From assembly GCA_028692655.1 (NCBI GenBank), contig JAQUWY010000002.1, forward strand, positions 34,851-98,850: 64,000 nucleotides of DNA, read 5' to 3'. The translations under genes were made by a program, and so were the position numbers. Under the pieces are notes generated by a model, which worked only from the letters and a program-made list of their open reading frames with translations, did no database searches and had not been told where the DNA came from. Source of the DNA: Candidatus Omnitrophota bacterium (GTDB lineage: Bacteria; Omnitrophota; Gorgyraeia; Duberdicusellales; 4484-171). Shown here in pieces: positions 42,024-52,180 of this stretch (position 1 is the first letter of the stretch; each line of letters begins with the position of its first letter).

Positions 42024-42905
42024 ATGATTCCATTTTCTCATTATATTGATAAGTTTATAAACTATATAGCTGTAGAAAAAAATTATTCTCCGTATACCGC
42101 TGTATACTATAGAGCTGATTTAAAAAAACTCGAAGATTTTCTTAATTCCCGCAGTGTTACGGATATCCAGAACATAGATTATTTTATTTTAAGAAAATTT
42201 TTAAGTGTATTGAATGAAGAACAAATCAAGAAACGCACCGTTTCCCGGAAAATTTCAACTTTTAAAAGTTTTTTCAAGTTTCTCATGCGTGAAAGTATTA
42301 TAAAAAGTAATCCTGCTGCTTCTTTGTTGTATCCACGTATGGAAAAGCCTTTGCCGAAGTTTTTAACAGAAAACGAGGTAAAGAAAATCCTAGATATGCC
42401 GACAGGTGAAGGCCTTTTGCAGTTAAGAGATAAGGCTATAATGGAATTTCTTTATTCTACCGGGGCCAGGGTTTCCGAAATGGTTTCTCTTAAGGCAGAA
42501 GAAGTAGATTTAATCGGAGGTATCGTTAAGGTTAAAGGCAAAGGAAGGAAAGAGCGGCTTCTGCCGTTGGGAGAACCGGCGATTCTTTCTATTAAGAGAT
42601 ATCTGGATAAACGTAATGATACTAATAGGGCGCTTTTTATTAATAAAAGAGGCGGAGCTTTGACTGACAGGGGAGTGCGCAATATTATTGATAAATATAT
42701 TTCTAAGACTGCTTTGTTGCTTAAAGCATCACCGCATACTTTTAGACATTCTTTTGCAACGCACCTCCTGAATCGTGGAGCTGACTTGCGTAGCGTGCAA
42801 GAACTCCTGGGACATTCCAGTATAGCTACAACCCAAGTCTATACTCATTTGACTATAGATTCCTTGAAGAATGTGTATCAAAAAGCCCATCCTCGTGCTA
42901 AGTAA
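42024..42905 (+). CDS. xerC: tyrosine site-specific recombinase XerC/XerD
   Basis: 293 aa. Catalytic residues R...HxxR...Y (RHSFATHLL, GHSSIATTQVYTHL). Conserved dprA-topA-xer neighbourhood. Confidence 0.85.
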   Translation: MIPFSHYIDKFINYIAVEKNYSPYTAVYYRADLKKLEDFLNSRSVTDIQNIDYFILRKFLSVLNEEQIKKRTVSRKISTFKSFFKFLMRESIIKSNPAASLLYPRMEKPLPKFLTENEVKKILDMPTGEGLLQLRDKAIMEFLYSTGARVSEMVSLKAEEVDLIGGIVKVKGKGRKERLLPLGEPAILSIKRYLDKRNDTNRALFINKRGGALTDRGVRNIIDKYISKTALLLKASPHTFRHSFATHLLNRGADLRSVQELLGHSSIATTQVYTHLTIDSLKNVYQKAHPRAK

Positions 42906-42938
42906 GGGTTACAGAAATAAAGATATAGGTATTGAATT

Positions 42939-44273
42939 ATGCTGATGTTTTCCATTATGTATGAAGTATTTTGTGAGATTGCCCGGGCCCTGGCATGGGT
43001 TGTTTACGATAGTGTTTTCTTGCTGGTGTTGTTTGCATACCTGCCGTTCTATTTCCACCGCAATAAGATAACTTTTTCGGCGCTTAAGGAAAAACTAGGA
43101 TTCTTTGATTGTCCAGGGCAGGCTGAATCTGTCTGGATACAGGTGGTAAGCGTGGGGGAAGTTAATATGATATCTAACTTTATTCAGCGCCTGCGCAAAG
43201 ACTACGATTATCGTATAGTAATAACCACTACAACTTTAACCGGAAATAAAGTCGCTAAAGAGAAATATTCCCACTATGCCCAGGTGATGTTTTTTCCTTT
43301 TGATGTTTCCTGGATATTGAAAAAGATTGTCGCAAAAATAAATCCGGCAATGTTTGTAGCCGTTGAAACTGAAATTTGGCCGAATCTTTTCCGTTATCTT
43401 TACAAGCAAGAGGTGCCAATAGTGATTATTAACGGAAGAATATCAGACCAAGCTTTTGATAGATACCGTTATATAAAGCCGTTAACTAAAAAAATACTTA
43501 ATTTATGCGATGGGATTGGAGTCCAAAACTCGCTTTATGAGGAACGCTTCCTGTACCTAGGCGCTCCGGCGCAGAAGCTTGTAATAAGCGGGAACATGAA
43601 ATTTGAAGGTGTATCTTTTGATGAAGAAAAGATGAAACAGTTCCGGAACACATATGAGCCGATGATAAAAAAATCCGGCAATTTACTTTTTGTTTGCGGC
43701 TGTACTCATGAGCCGGAAGAAGAGTTGATAGTTGATGTGTATAAACAAATATACAAGATCTATCCTGAACTTAAGCTTATCATTGCGCCTCGTCATCCTG
43801 AACGGGTTCCTGAAGTGGAGAGGATCCTTTCTTCCAGAGGGTTCTTACCGCGCCGCTTAATGAGCCAGGAAAGGTTGTTTGATAAAGAAAATGATATAGG
43901 TGTTATTGATGGGGTGGGCCAGCTTGTATATTTTTACAATATGGCTGATTTTTGTTTTGTAGGCGGTAGTTTTTCTGATGACGGAGGCCATAATATATTA
44001 GAGCCCATATTCTTTTTGAAACCCGTTATTTTTGGGCCGCATATGGAAAATTTTCCTGATATAGAAAAATTGGTGCTTAAGGAAGAAGCCGGATTGAAAG
44101 TGTATAGTAGCCGGGAACTGAAGGATAAGATTATAAGCCTAATCAAGGATGAAACTTTACGGAAGAATCTCAGTGACAAATGCCTTAAGGTATTTAACGA
44201 AGAAAGAAAGGATTTGGAGAATAATTTTAAAATAATAAATAACTTATTGAGCCGGGCCCGGAAAAATGCTTAA
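42939..44273 (+). CDS. waaA: 3-deoxy-D-manno-octulosonic acid (Kdo) transferase
   Basis: 444 aa with an N-terminal TM helix. Strong block-by-block similarity to E. coli WaaA (VSVGEV; ETEIWPNL; APRHPER; VGGSF..GGHN). Confidence 0.9.
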   Translation: MLMFSIMYEVFCEIARALAWVVYDSVFLLVLFAYLPFYFHRNKITFSALKEKLGFFDCPGQAESVWIQVVSVGEVNMISNFIQRLRKDYDYRIVITTTTLTGNKVAKEKYSHYAQVMFFPFDVSWILKKIVAKINPAMFVAVETEIWPNLFRYLYKQEVPIVIINGRISDQAFDRYRYIKPLTKKILNLCDGIGVQNSLYEERFLYLGAPAQKLVISGNMKFEGVSFDEEKMKQFRNTYEPMIKKSGNLLFVCGCTHEPEEELIVDVYKQIYKIYPELKLIIAPRHPERVPEVERILSSRGFLPRRLMSQERLFDKENDIGVIDGVGQLVYFYNMADFCFVGGSFSDDGGHNILEPIFFLKPVIFGPHMENFPDIEKLVLKEEAGLKVYSSRELKDKIISLIKDETLRKNLSDKCLKVFNEERKDLENNFKIINNLLSRARKNA

Positions 44274-45288
44274 ATTAAAAAGATGGTATCTGGAATTTAT
44301 TGAAAAGAGAGACAGAAATATTTACGAAAAGGCTCTGTATGGCTTTTTTTATCTTATTTCGTTATTTTACGGCAGGATTATTTATCTTAGGAACTTCTTT
44401 TACGATAAAGGCTTCATTTCTGTGTATCAGTCTAAAGCAAAAGTTATAAGCGTTGGCAACATCTCTTGGGCGGGTTCCGGAAAGACAACCCTCGCGGCTT
44501 TTCTCTATAAGAAGCTTTCTTCAACTCATTCTACCGCAATTTTACGCAGGGGCTACGGCAGGGATGAAGGAGAACTTCTCAAAGAGGTAACGGATTCGGT
44601 GTTTTCCTCTCCCAGCAGGAGTGATTTAGCAAAAAAACTCGGAAATAAATTTGACCTTTTTATTCTAGACGATGCCTTTCAACATCGCAAGCTGGCTAGA
44701 GATATTAACATAGTGGTTATGGCTGCCAGAGAATTTAAAGCCGGATTCAGGCTTATTCCGGCGTCTTTCTTTCGGGAACCAATAAATAGTTTAAGCCGGG
44801 CCGATATTGTTGTTTTGAATTATAGCGATGAAGCCGGCAATATATCTTCAATTAAAAAAAGTCTCCAAAGCCGGTTTCCCGGATTAAAAGTTTATCTTTC
44901 GAATTATCAGGTTTCAGGCTATAACGGCTTATCGGGAGAATCTTATCCGGCTGCTTTTCTAATGGGAAAAAGAGTAGCGGCATTAACCGCCATAGGCTAT
45001 CCGAAAGGCTTTTTTAATAAATTAAAAAGCGCCGGGGTTTCTGTTAAGCGTGAGATTACTTACCCAGATCACTATGAGCTGGGAGAGAGCGAATTTCGCA
45101 AATTGGAAAGTGAACTTCTGTCTTCGGGAATAAAAACACTGGTTATTACCGGCAAGGACAAATATCATATTCCCGAATCAGTTTCAGGCCTTGATATCTT
45201 CATAATGAACGTAGATTTAGTAATAGAGGCTGAAGAAGATTTTCTAAAGCAGGTAGATTCGGTTATTTCGGGAGGAAAGGATGTATAA
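44266..45288 (+). CDS. lpxK: tetraacyldisaccharide 4'-kinase
   Basis: 340 aa. ISVGNISWAGSGKTTL P-loop in the LpxK context. Overlaps waaA by 8 nt. Confidence 0.88.
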   Translation: MLKLKRWYLEFIEKRDRNIYEKALYGFFYLISLFYGRIIYLRNFFYDKGFISVYQSKAKVISVGNISWAGSGKTTLAAFLYKKLSSTHSTAILRRGYGRDEGELLKEVTDSVFSSPSRSDLAKKLGNKFDLFILDDAFQHRKLARDINIVVMAAREFKAGFRLIPASFFREPINSLSRADIVVLNYSDEAGNISSIKKSLQSRFPGLKVYLSNYQVSGYNGLSGESYPAAFLMGKRVAALTAIGYPKGFFNKLKSAGVSVKREITYPDHYELGESEFRKLESELLSSGIKTLVITGKDKYHIPESVSGLDIFIMNVDLVIEAEEDFLKQVDSVISGGKDV

Positions 45289-47086
45289 ATTAGCCAATAC
45301 CATCAGATATTTTCTCTTAAAGCTCCCTTTAAGTTTTTCCTTATTTTTGGGATATCTGCTGGGATTTTTGTTCTACTTTAATTTTCACCGCCGAAGGATA
45401 GCTTTTAAAAATGTTAAAATGGCCTTTCCTGCTAAGACCAGCCGTGAAGCTCTTCGTATCGTTCGCAGGAGTTCCTATAATTTGGGGTTAAGTATAGTGG
45501 AGTGCTTGATCGCGCCCCGGATATACCAGAATATTACCATAAAGGGTGAAGAAAACATTGAGGATAACGGTGGTATTTTCGTTGGTATACATTCTGGCAA
45601 CTGGGAGGTAGTTATCTCTGCTTTTTCACAGAGGCATAAAATAGCTGTTTTTGCAAACTCTCAAAAGAATAAAAGCCTGGATGGTTTTCTAAACGAATTA
45701 CGCAAGCAGGGAGAAATCAGGGTCTGTCTTACCATAAAAGAACTAATAAACTGCCTTAAAGATAACTACCTTGTAGGGGTGGTGATAGATCACGGAGCGG
45801 AAAAAGATGCTCTTATGGTTGAGTTTTTTTCTCATTTGGTGCCTACACCCAAAGGAGCAGTTTATCTAGCTAAAAAGTTTAATAAACCCATATATACAAA
45901 CTTTTCTTTTAGGACTAAAAGATTTTCCCATTGCAGCTTGATTGGCAAACCAATATATCCAGAGGGTAAAGAAGAGAGCCAAATCCTGCGCCAGCTCAAT
46001 TCCATATACGAAAAATACTTAACAGATAATCCCTGGGAGTATTTTTGGTATTATAAACGTTTTAAACACAAACGGGACCGCGATGTTATTGTTTTAAACG
46101 ATAAAAGGCCGGGGCATTTCAAACAGGCGCTGTCTCTGGTTAAGTTCCTCTCAACGAAAGGTTACGAGCTGCGGGTTAAAATAATTGAAGTCAATTACCG
46201 TAATCGTTTCAGCCGTATCCTTGCCGATATTTTGGCATTTTTGAGCCCGCAAAGCCTTTTGTTTTCCTCCCGGATGCTTTCCTGGCTAATGGATAAAAAA
46301 ACTTTTGATCAGCTTGACAGGATGCATGCAGATATAGTTGTAAGTGCGGGAAGTTTCATGGCTCCGGTTAATCGCCTTGTCTCTTCTTATGCTGGAGCTA
46401 AATCTGCTGTAGTGTTAAGGCCTAATGTCTGCCTGCGTAAGTTTGACTTGGTAGTTATTCCCGAGCATGACCGGGTGTATGCTCCTAACGTGGTCAATGT
46501 AAAAGGTGCCCTTTTTTATCCCGAAGGCACAGAAGAGAAAGGGGCCAAATGCAGGGACTACTTTAATTTAAGCAGCCACAAAAAAACGGCTTTGTTTATT
46601 GGGGGGCCTTTGGGAGATAAAAAAGAATTCTTAAGAAAGCTCAAAGATTTTATTCCTTCCTTTAAAAAATTTCTCCAGAGAGAAAACTGCAAGCTTCTTC
46701 TCAGCACTTCCCGCAGGACTCCCGTTGAAGCCGAAGACTATCTTGAGAAAGAATTTTCCGGATTTTTCGATACGGAAGCTCTGGTTATTGCTAATAGGAA
46801 TAACCAGGATTTTGTTTTTGAAGGGTTTATCTCTTTGTCGCAATATGTTTTTGTTAGCAGCGAGAGCATTTCCATGATTTCCGAAGCGGCATCGTTGAAT
46901 AAGGCCTGCGTATGCGTTTCGTTTGTCAGTGAGGACGATAAACGCAAGGTTTTTCTTAAGTCGCTGGAGGAAGAAATAACTTTCCTTGATGAACCCTATG
47001 ATATAAAATCTATAGAGCCCAAGGATTCTTCTATATTTGAGCACAATTTGAAAGTTTTAGAGAAACCTTTAAATAGGCTTTTTTAA
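45281..47086 (+). CDS. fusion protein: LpxL/HtrB-family lipid A late acyltransferase (N-term, to ~46070) plus ELM1/DUF1022-like GT-B-like domain (C-term)
   Basis: 601 aa. The N-terminal half has the HX4E acyltransferase motif (HSGNWE) and the LpxL-family layout. The C-terminal half begins VLNDKRPGHFKQALSL, which resembles the D-G-k-p-G-h-e-n-Q consensus of the mitochondrial-fission-ELM1/DUF1022 family. Confidence 0.7.
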   Translation: MYKLANTIRYFLLKLPLSFSLFLGYLLGFLFYFNFHRRRIAFKNVKMAFPAKTSREALRIVRRSSYNLGLSIVECLIAPRIYQNITIKGEENIEDNGGIFVGIHSGNWEVVISAFSQRHKIAVFANSQKNKSLDGFLNELRKQGEIRVCLTIKELINCLKDNYLVGVVIDHGAEKDALMVEFFSHLVPTPKGAVYLAKKFNKPIYTNFSFRTKRFSHCSLIGKPIYPEGKEESQILRQLNSIYEKYLTDNPWEYFWYYKRFKHKRDRDVIVLNDKRPGHFKQALSLVKFLSTKGYELRVKIIEVNYRNRFSRILADILAFLSPQSLLFSSRMLSWLMDKKTFDQLDRMHADIVVSAGSFMAPVNRLVSSYAGAKSAVVLRPNVCLRKFDLVVIPEHDRVYAPNVVNVKGALFYPEGTEEKGAKCRDYFNLSSHKKTALFIGGPLGDKKEFLRKLKDFIPSFKKFLQRENCKLLLSTSRRTPVEAEDYLEKEFSGFFDTEALVIANRNNQDFVFEGFISLSQYVFVSSESISMISEAASLNKACVCVSFVSEDDKRKVFLKSLEEEITFLDEPYDIKSIEPKDSSIFEHNLKVLEKPLNRLF

Positions 47087-47112
47087 ACTAAGACTAACAG
47101 GAGGTTGTAATT

Positions 47113-49191
47113 TTGAAAGTTATGCAAATACTTCCCCGCATGAATATAGGCGGGATAGAAAGAGGTGTTTTGGACCTGGTCAAGTTTTTTGCCGGCAGCT
47201 CTCATAAAGAGAATTGCGGTGAATCTATTTCTAATATTGTCGTCAGCGGAGGGGGTAACTTAATAGGAGAGCTGGAGAAAGAAGGCATCAAACATTACCA
47301 GTTGCCCGTATATAAAAAATCCCCGAGCCTCTTATTGCTTGTGCCCAAGTTAAAAAAAATTATAGCCGCCGAAGGTATTGATATAGTACATGCCCGTAGC
47401 CGCATGCCGGCGATAGCTGGTTTTTTTGCTTCCCGAAACAGTAAAGCTCAATTTATTACCACTGCTCATGGGGTATATAAAAGTAAAGTGTTCAGTGAAG
47501 TTATGGCCTGGGGCAAGTATGTTATCTGTCCGTCTAAAGTTGTGGCCCGCCACATGAAAAATGCTTTCGGAGTACCGGAGGAAAAAATAGTAATCGTAAA
47601 TCGCTGGGTTGATTTAAGCCGCTTCACTTTCACTGACTATTCCAGGAAGAAAGAAAATAATATTATAGTCAGTATGGGGCGGATTTCTCCCAGTAAAGGC
47701 TATGAACACCTGATACGCGCTTTTAAAAAAATAGTGCGCTTTAATCCTTACCTTAAGCTTCGTATTGTAGGCTCGGCCTCAAAGTCGAAGGGCCGTTATC
47801 TGGAGTATTTAAAAAGCCTGGTTTTCAGGTTTTCCTTGAATTATAACGTGGAATTTTCCGGTTTTCATTACGATGTTGAAAAAATTCTAGATGATGCCAG
47901 AATATTAGTTGCTCCCTCTGTAATTGAGGAGTCATTCGGCAGGGTGGTGATTGAGGCGTTTGCAAGCGGGGTTCCAGTGATAGCTTCTAACATAGGTGGT
48001 TTTAAGGAGATAATTGAGCCTGGCGTGGATGGTTTGCTGGTTGAACCCGGAAATAGCGATGAAATATCAGAAGCCATTCTTAAACTTATCCAAAATCCTG
48101 ATATGGCACAAGCAATGACACTTAAAGCAAGAAAAAAAGTAGAAGCCCGTTACACTATGGAACAGTGCCTTCAAGAAACCGCCAGTGTTTATGACAGGGC
48201 CGTAAAAGATTTACGCATACTGGTTATTAAGATTTCTTCTCTGGGGGACCTTATCCTTTCTTTTCCGTCCTTAAAAGCCCTGCGCCAGAGGTATCCGAAA
48301 GCCAAGATATCTCTTCTTACTTTAAAAAAATATCATTCTTTAATGGAGGAGTGTCCTTATGTTGACGAAATTATTGCACTAACGGATAATTACAAAGCTG
48401 TTCAAGAAATTATGTCCCTCACGCGTCGATTACGGAGAAAGAGCTTTGATTATATTATTGATTTGCAAAACAACCGGGCCTCGCATTTAATTTCTTTTTT
48501 TAGCTTTCCTCTCTGTTCATTCGGTTACTCTCTGCGTTGGGGATTTTTGCTCAGCCGCCGTCTTAAATTTATCCGCAATCAGGACCCCTTAAGCTCTCAG
48601 GAAAAAATACTGGAATTACTTGGGGTTAGGCTCAATGAAAAAAAACTCACTTTTTGGCCGGTTAAAGAAAACGTGTCTTTTAATCTGCCTTCGGGAGATT
48701 TAATCGGCATAGCTGTTTCGGCTTCAGCCAAATGGCATTCAAAGAATTGGCCTCCTGAAAATATAATCAAACTGGGGCAGATAATAGAGCGCCAAATGCC
48801 TTCTTTCAAAATTATTCTTTTGGGTGAAGAATCATCGAAAGATTTGGCCGGTAAGATTGAGTCCTGTTTAGGGCCTTCTGTAGTCAATCTTTGCGGAAAA
48901 ACCACTTTGAGAGAGCTGTCTAGTGTATTGGGTAAACTTAAGCTTTTTATAGCTCCAGATACTGCCACTTTGCATTTGGCTTGTGCTAAGGGAATAAAAA
49001 CCCTTGCTTTATTCGGGCCTACTGATCCCCGGCGGCATACGGTAGAAGATGAGGGGCTTGAAGTATTATACGAAAAGCTCGAATGTTCTTTTTGTTACCG
49101 GGGCCAGTGCCGTTTAGGAAAGGACAGCTTGTGTTTGGAGAAAATATCTCCTCAGAAAGTATTTTCTAAAATCAGAGAAATGATAGCCTGA
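47113..49191 (+). CDS. bifunctional glycosyltransferase: GT4 (N-term, to ~48200) fused to GT9 heptosyltransferase (C-term)
   Basis: 692 aa. TTG start 10 nt after an AGGAGG RBS. The GT4 EX7E motif EESFGRVVIEA is followed by ILVIKISSLGDLILSFPSLKAL (GT9 N-terminal signature) and the GT9 C-terminal LFGPTDP motif. Ends in a 4-Cys motif. Confidence 0.8.
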   Translation: MKVMQILPRMNIGGIERGVLDLVKFFAGSSHKENCGESISNIVVSGGGNLIGELEKEGIKHYQLPVYKKSPSLLLLVPKLKKIIAAEGIDIVHARSRMPAIAGFFASRNSKAQFITTAHGVYKSKVFSEVMAWGKYVICPSKVVARHMKNAFGVPEEKIVIVNRWVDLSRFTFTDYSRKKENNIIVSMGRISPSKGYEHLIRAFKKIVRFNPYLKLRIVGSASKSKGRYLEYLKSLVFRFSLNYNVEFSGFHYDVEKILDDARILVAPSVIEESFGRVVIEAFASGVPVIASNIGGFKEIIEPGVDGLLVEPGNSDEISEAILKLIQNPDMAQAMTLKARKKVEARYTMEQCLQETASVYDRAVKDLRILVIKISSLGDLILSFPSLKALRQRYPKAKISLLTLKKYHSLMEECPYVDEIIALTDNYKAVQEIMSLTRRLRRKSFDYIIDLQNNRASHLISFFSFPLCSFGYSLRWGFLLSRRLKFIRNQDPLSSQEKILELLGVRLNEKKLTFWPVKENVSFNLPSGDLIGIAVSASAKWHSKNWPPENIIKLGQIIERQMPSFKIILLGEESSKDLAGKIESCLGPSVVNLCGKTTLRELSSVLGKLKLFIAPDTATLHLACAKGIKTLALFGPTDPRRHTVEDEGLEVLYEKLECSFCYRGQCRLGKDSLCLEKISPQKVFSKIREMIA

Positions 49192-49267
49192 TTTTATCAG
49201 AGCCAAAGTGTTTATTCCAGTAAACTGACGGAAAGCGGTAGAGTAAGATAAAACAGCTTATAGTATT

Positions 49268-50338
49268 ATGAACATTTTAATTCTAACAACCCACCTTGAT
49301 CCCGGAGGAATTTCCCGTTATGTTATCAATCTGTCCAAGGCTCTCTGCCAGGCTGGCCATAAGGTGTGGGTAGCTTCCGGCGGAGGACAGTGGGAGAAAG
49401 AATTATCTTTTGAAGCGGTTAGTTTTATCCATATACCTATAAAGACGAAGTCGATTTTTAGCCCTAAAATATTTTTTTCCTTCATAAATTTGCGCCGTTT
49501 TTTAAAAGAAAGAAAAATTGATATAATTCATTGTAATACCCGCGTGACGCAGTTGTTGGGATTCTTGTTGTCCAAGCCTGCCGGTGTTCCTTATGTCAGC
49601 GCTTTTCATGGTTTCTATAGGCCGTCGGCAGAAAGAAAACTTTTTCAATTTTCGGGAGCGATGTCAATAGCCGTAAGCAATGCGGTAAGGGAACATATAA
49701 TCAAGGATCTATGGGTTAAACCGGAGAAAGTGCGTGTTGTCTATAACGGGATTGATTTCAAAGATTTCAATACTGCCGAGAGCCAGCGTAAAAGTTGGGG
49801 GTTTAAATCAACGGATTATTTGATAGGCGTTCTGGGCAGGATCTCACGGGAAAAAGGGCATTTCTTAGTTGTTAAAGCCTTGAGCCTTCTGGCGAGAAAA
49901 CACAGCAACATCTATTTGATTATTTCAGGCAGGGGTAAAATGGAAGCAAACCTAAAAGAGCTTATACGAAATAAGTCTTTGGAAGGCAGAGTATTTTTTA
50001 AAGAATCTTCCGCAAATCAGTTCTTAAGCAGTATGGACTCAATTGTCGTTGCGTCCGAAAAAGAAGGCTTTGGATATTCGATTATTGAAGCTTTTAAAAA
50101 GGGAGTGCCGGTTATAGGCTTTAACACGGGAGGAATATCTGAAATTATCCGTAATCGTAGTAACGGCTTATTGTTTTATAGCTACGATGCTCTCTCTTTA
50201 GCCGGAGCAATTGAGGAGATGATGCTTAAAAATAACTTGCGCAGCGTTCTTATTGGTAAGGCCAGGGAAGATGTAGAATTCTTTTCGGCTAAAAGGATGG
50301 CTTTTGATACGGAGAAAGTTTACAGGGAGATAATATAA
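49268..50338 (+). CDS. GT4 family glycosyltransferase
   Basis: 356 aa. EKEGFGYSIIEA (EX7E) and the GT-B fold. Confidence 0.82.
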   Translation: MNILILTTHLDPGGISRYVINLSKALCQAGHKVWVASGGGQWEKELSFEAVSFIHIPIKTKSIFSPKIFFSFINLRRFLKERKIDIIHCNTRVTQLLGFLLSKPAGVPYVSAFHGFYRPSAERKLFQFSGAMSIAVSNAVREHIIKDLWVKPEKVRVVYNGIDFKDFNTAESQRKSWGFKSTDYLIGVLGRISREKGHFLVVKALSLLARKHSNIYLIISGRGKMEANLKELIRNKSLEGRVFFKESSANQFLSSMDSIVVASEKEGFGYSIIEAFKKGVPVIGFNTGGISEIIRNRSNGLLFYSYDALSLAGAIEEMMLKNNLRSVLIGKAREDVEFFSAKRMAFDTEKVYREII

Positions 50339-51105
50339 TGAAAAGAATTTTTCTTTTGTGCGGCGTAATAATTTTAGCCGTTTTTATTTTGTTCGGGGCA
50401 TACTTAAATGCTAATTACGCAACGCCCATACTTGTTTACCACTCTCTTGATGGGAAGAGAGCCGAAAATTATGCCGCGGTGGACATAAAAGTATTCCGGC
50501 GTCAAATGGAGTTTATAAAGAGGAATTCTTATAAAGTTATAAGCCTTGATAGATATTGCCGGTTATTAAGATCGGGGGAAGCTGTGCCAAGAAGAAGCTT
50601 GATTATAACTTTTGATGACGGTTACAAAGACAACCTTGAAGGGATAAAGACTTTAAAGGAATCAGAGTTTCCGGCTACTATTTTTATTATTGTGGATAAA
50701 GTCGGTAAAGAAGGGTATCTTTCTGAGGAAGATATAAAATCTTTTTTGGGCAACTCCCAAATATCTATAGGCTCTCATACTTTAACGCATGCTTATTTGC
50801 CGGGGGCAACGGTTAGTGAGTTAAAAAAAGAAATTGCCTTTTCAAAAGAAATTCTTGAGAAAAATTTTCCTCAAACGGTTTCTGCTATTGCTTATCCTGT
50901 GGGTGGTTTTGACGAAAGGGTTCTTAGGGAGGCCGAAGCTGCAGGATATCTTTGTGCCTGTTCTACTAACCGTGGTTTTTCGAAAAGAATAAATCCTTTT
51001 GCTCTCAGGAGAATAAAGATAACCAACTCTGACGGTGAGTTTAGCCTTTGGGCAAAGTTAAGCGGATTTTATAATGTTTTCCGTAAGCTTAAGAATCCCT
51101 ATTAA
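50338..51105 (+). CDS. polysaccharide deacetylase (NodB-homology, CE4)
   Basis: 255 aa with an N-terminal TM segment. TFDDGY (Asp-Asp) and HTLTH metal/catalytic motifs. Confidence 0.8.
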   Translation: MKRIFLLCGVIILAVFILFGAYLNANYATPILVYHSLDGKRAENYAAVDIKVFRRQMEFIKRNSYKVISLDRYCRLLRSGEAVPRRSLIITFDDGYKDNLEGIKTLKESEFPATIFIIVDKVGKEGYLSEEDIKSFLGNSQISIGSHTLTHAYLPGATVSELKKEIAFSKEILEKNFPQTVSAIAYPVGGFDERVLREAEAAGYLCACSTNRGFSKRINPFALRRIKITNSDGEFSLWAKLSGFYNVFRKLKNPY

Positions 51106-51114
51106 CCAGGAAGT

Positions 51115-52173
51115 ATGGACAAAAAAGAATTAAACAGGTTCCCGCAAAATAAAAGCAAAGATAAACGCATCCTTGTCGTTGGTGTTAATTGGCTGGGGGA
51201 CAGCATAATGACTACCCCGGCATTTAAAGCCTTAAAGCATGTTTATCCTGAATCTTACATAGCAGTAATGACTGTTTCAAGGGTAAAGGAAGTTTTTGAA
51301 GATAATCCCTGTGTGGATGAAGTTATTATTTTTGATGAAAAGACATCACATAAAAGTATTAAAGAAAAAATAAAGTTCATTAAATTCTTAAAAGAGAAAA
51401 AGTTTCAAAAGGCATTCTTGATACACCGCTCTTTTACCAGGGCTCTTATCTGCCGGTTGGCGGCAATTCCTTCCCGGGCAGGCTATCAGAGGCTAAAGAA
51501 TTATTTTATTTTAACTGACAAGGTAGGCTTACCTAAAGAAGGGCTGCATCGTCAGGATTATTATTTAAATCTTTTCAAAAAGTCAGGGATAGCCGTTGAA
51601 AATTCTTTGCCGGAGTTTTTTATACCACCGGGAGTCCTTGATAGAGTTTCCCGGGCTTTAGAATTCTTAAAGAAAGACCATTCCTGCCTGGTGGGAGTTA
51701 ATCCCTCTGCTAATTGGGAACTTAAACGCTGGCCGCCTGAATATTTTTCTGTTCTTTGTGACCGTTTGGTTAAAGGCATGGGGGCGGGTGTTGTTTTTGT
51801 GGGTGGTGAATCTGATGAAAAGATTACAAGGGAGGTAATCGGAAGAATGCGTGAACCGGCCTACAGCCTTTGCGGCAAGACAACCCTTAAGGAGCTAGCC
51901 GCGGTAATAAAAAATATCAGTCTTTTCATTTCAAATGATTCCGGGCCGGCTCATTTGTCTGCTGCTTTAGGGGTGAGTACCCTGGCCTTGTTTGGGCCAA
52001 CCTCACCAAAGATAACTTCACCACGTGGGCGAAGAGTCAGGGTGATTAAGAATGATTGTGGTTGTAAGGTGCCCTGCTATGATTTAAATTGTAAGAATAA
52101 TATTTGTATGCAGAAGATAACTGTTGAGGAAGTGTATTTGGAAGCGAAGAATATGCTGGATAACCTAGTTTAA
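51115..52173 (+). CDS. GT9 ADP-heptose:LPS heptosyltransferase
   Basis: 352 aa. ILVVGVNWLGDSIMTTPAFKALK N-terminal signature, LFGPTSP, and a C-terminal CGC...C...C motif. Confidence 0.82.
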   Translation: MDKKELNRFPQNKSKDKRILVVGVNWLGDSIMTTPAFKALKHVYPESYIAVMTVSRVKEVFEDNPCVDEVIIFDEKTSHKSIKEKIKFIKFLKEKKFQKAFLIHRSFTRALICRLAAIPSRAGYQRLKNYFILTDKVGLPKEGLHRQDYYLNLFKKSGIAVENSLPEFFIPPGVLDRVSRALEFLKKDHSCLVGVNPSANWELKRWPPEYFSVLCDRLVKGMGAGVVFVGGESDEKITREVIGRMREPAYSLCGKTTLKELAAVIKNISLFISNDSGPAHLSAALGVSTLALFGPTSPKITSPRGRRVRVIKNDCGCKVPCYDLNCKNNICMQKITVEEVYLEAKNMLDNLV

Positions 52174-52180
52174 TCCGCTT

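Noticed and set aside
42024-42905. Tyrosine recombinase as a possible integrase of a mobile element
   Set aside because: It sits in the conserved dprA-topA-xerC housekeeping neighbourhood. There are no flanking direct repeats, no tRNA and no cargo genes, and the LPS genes downstream are core functions. Interpreted as chromosomal XerC/D.
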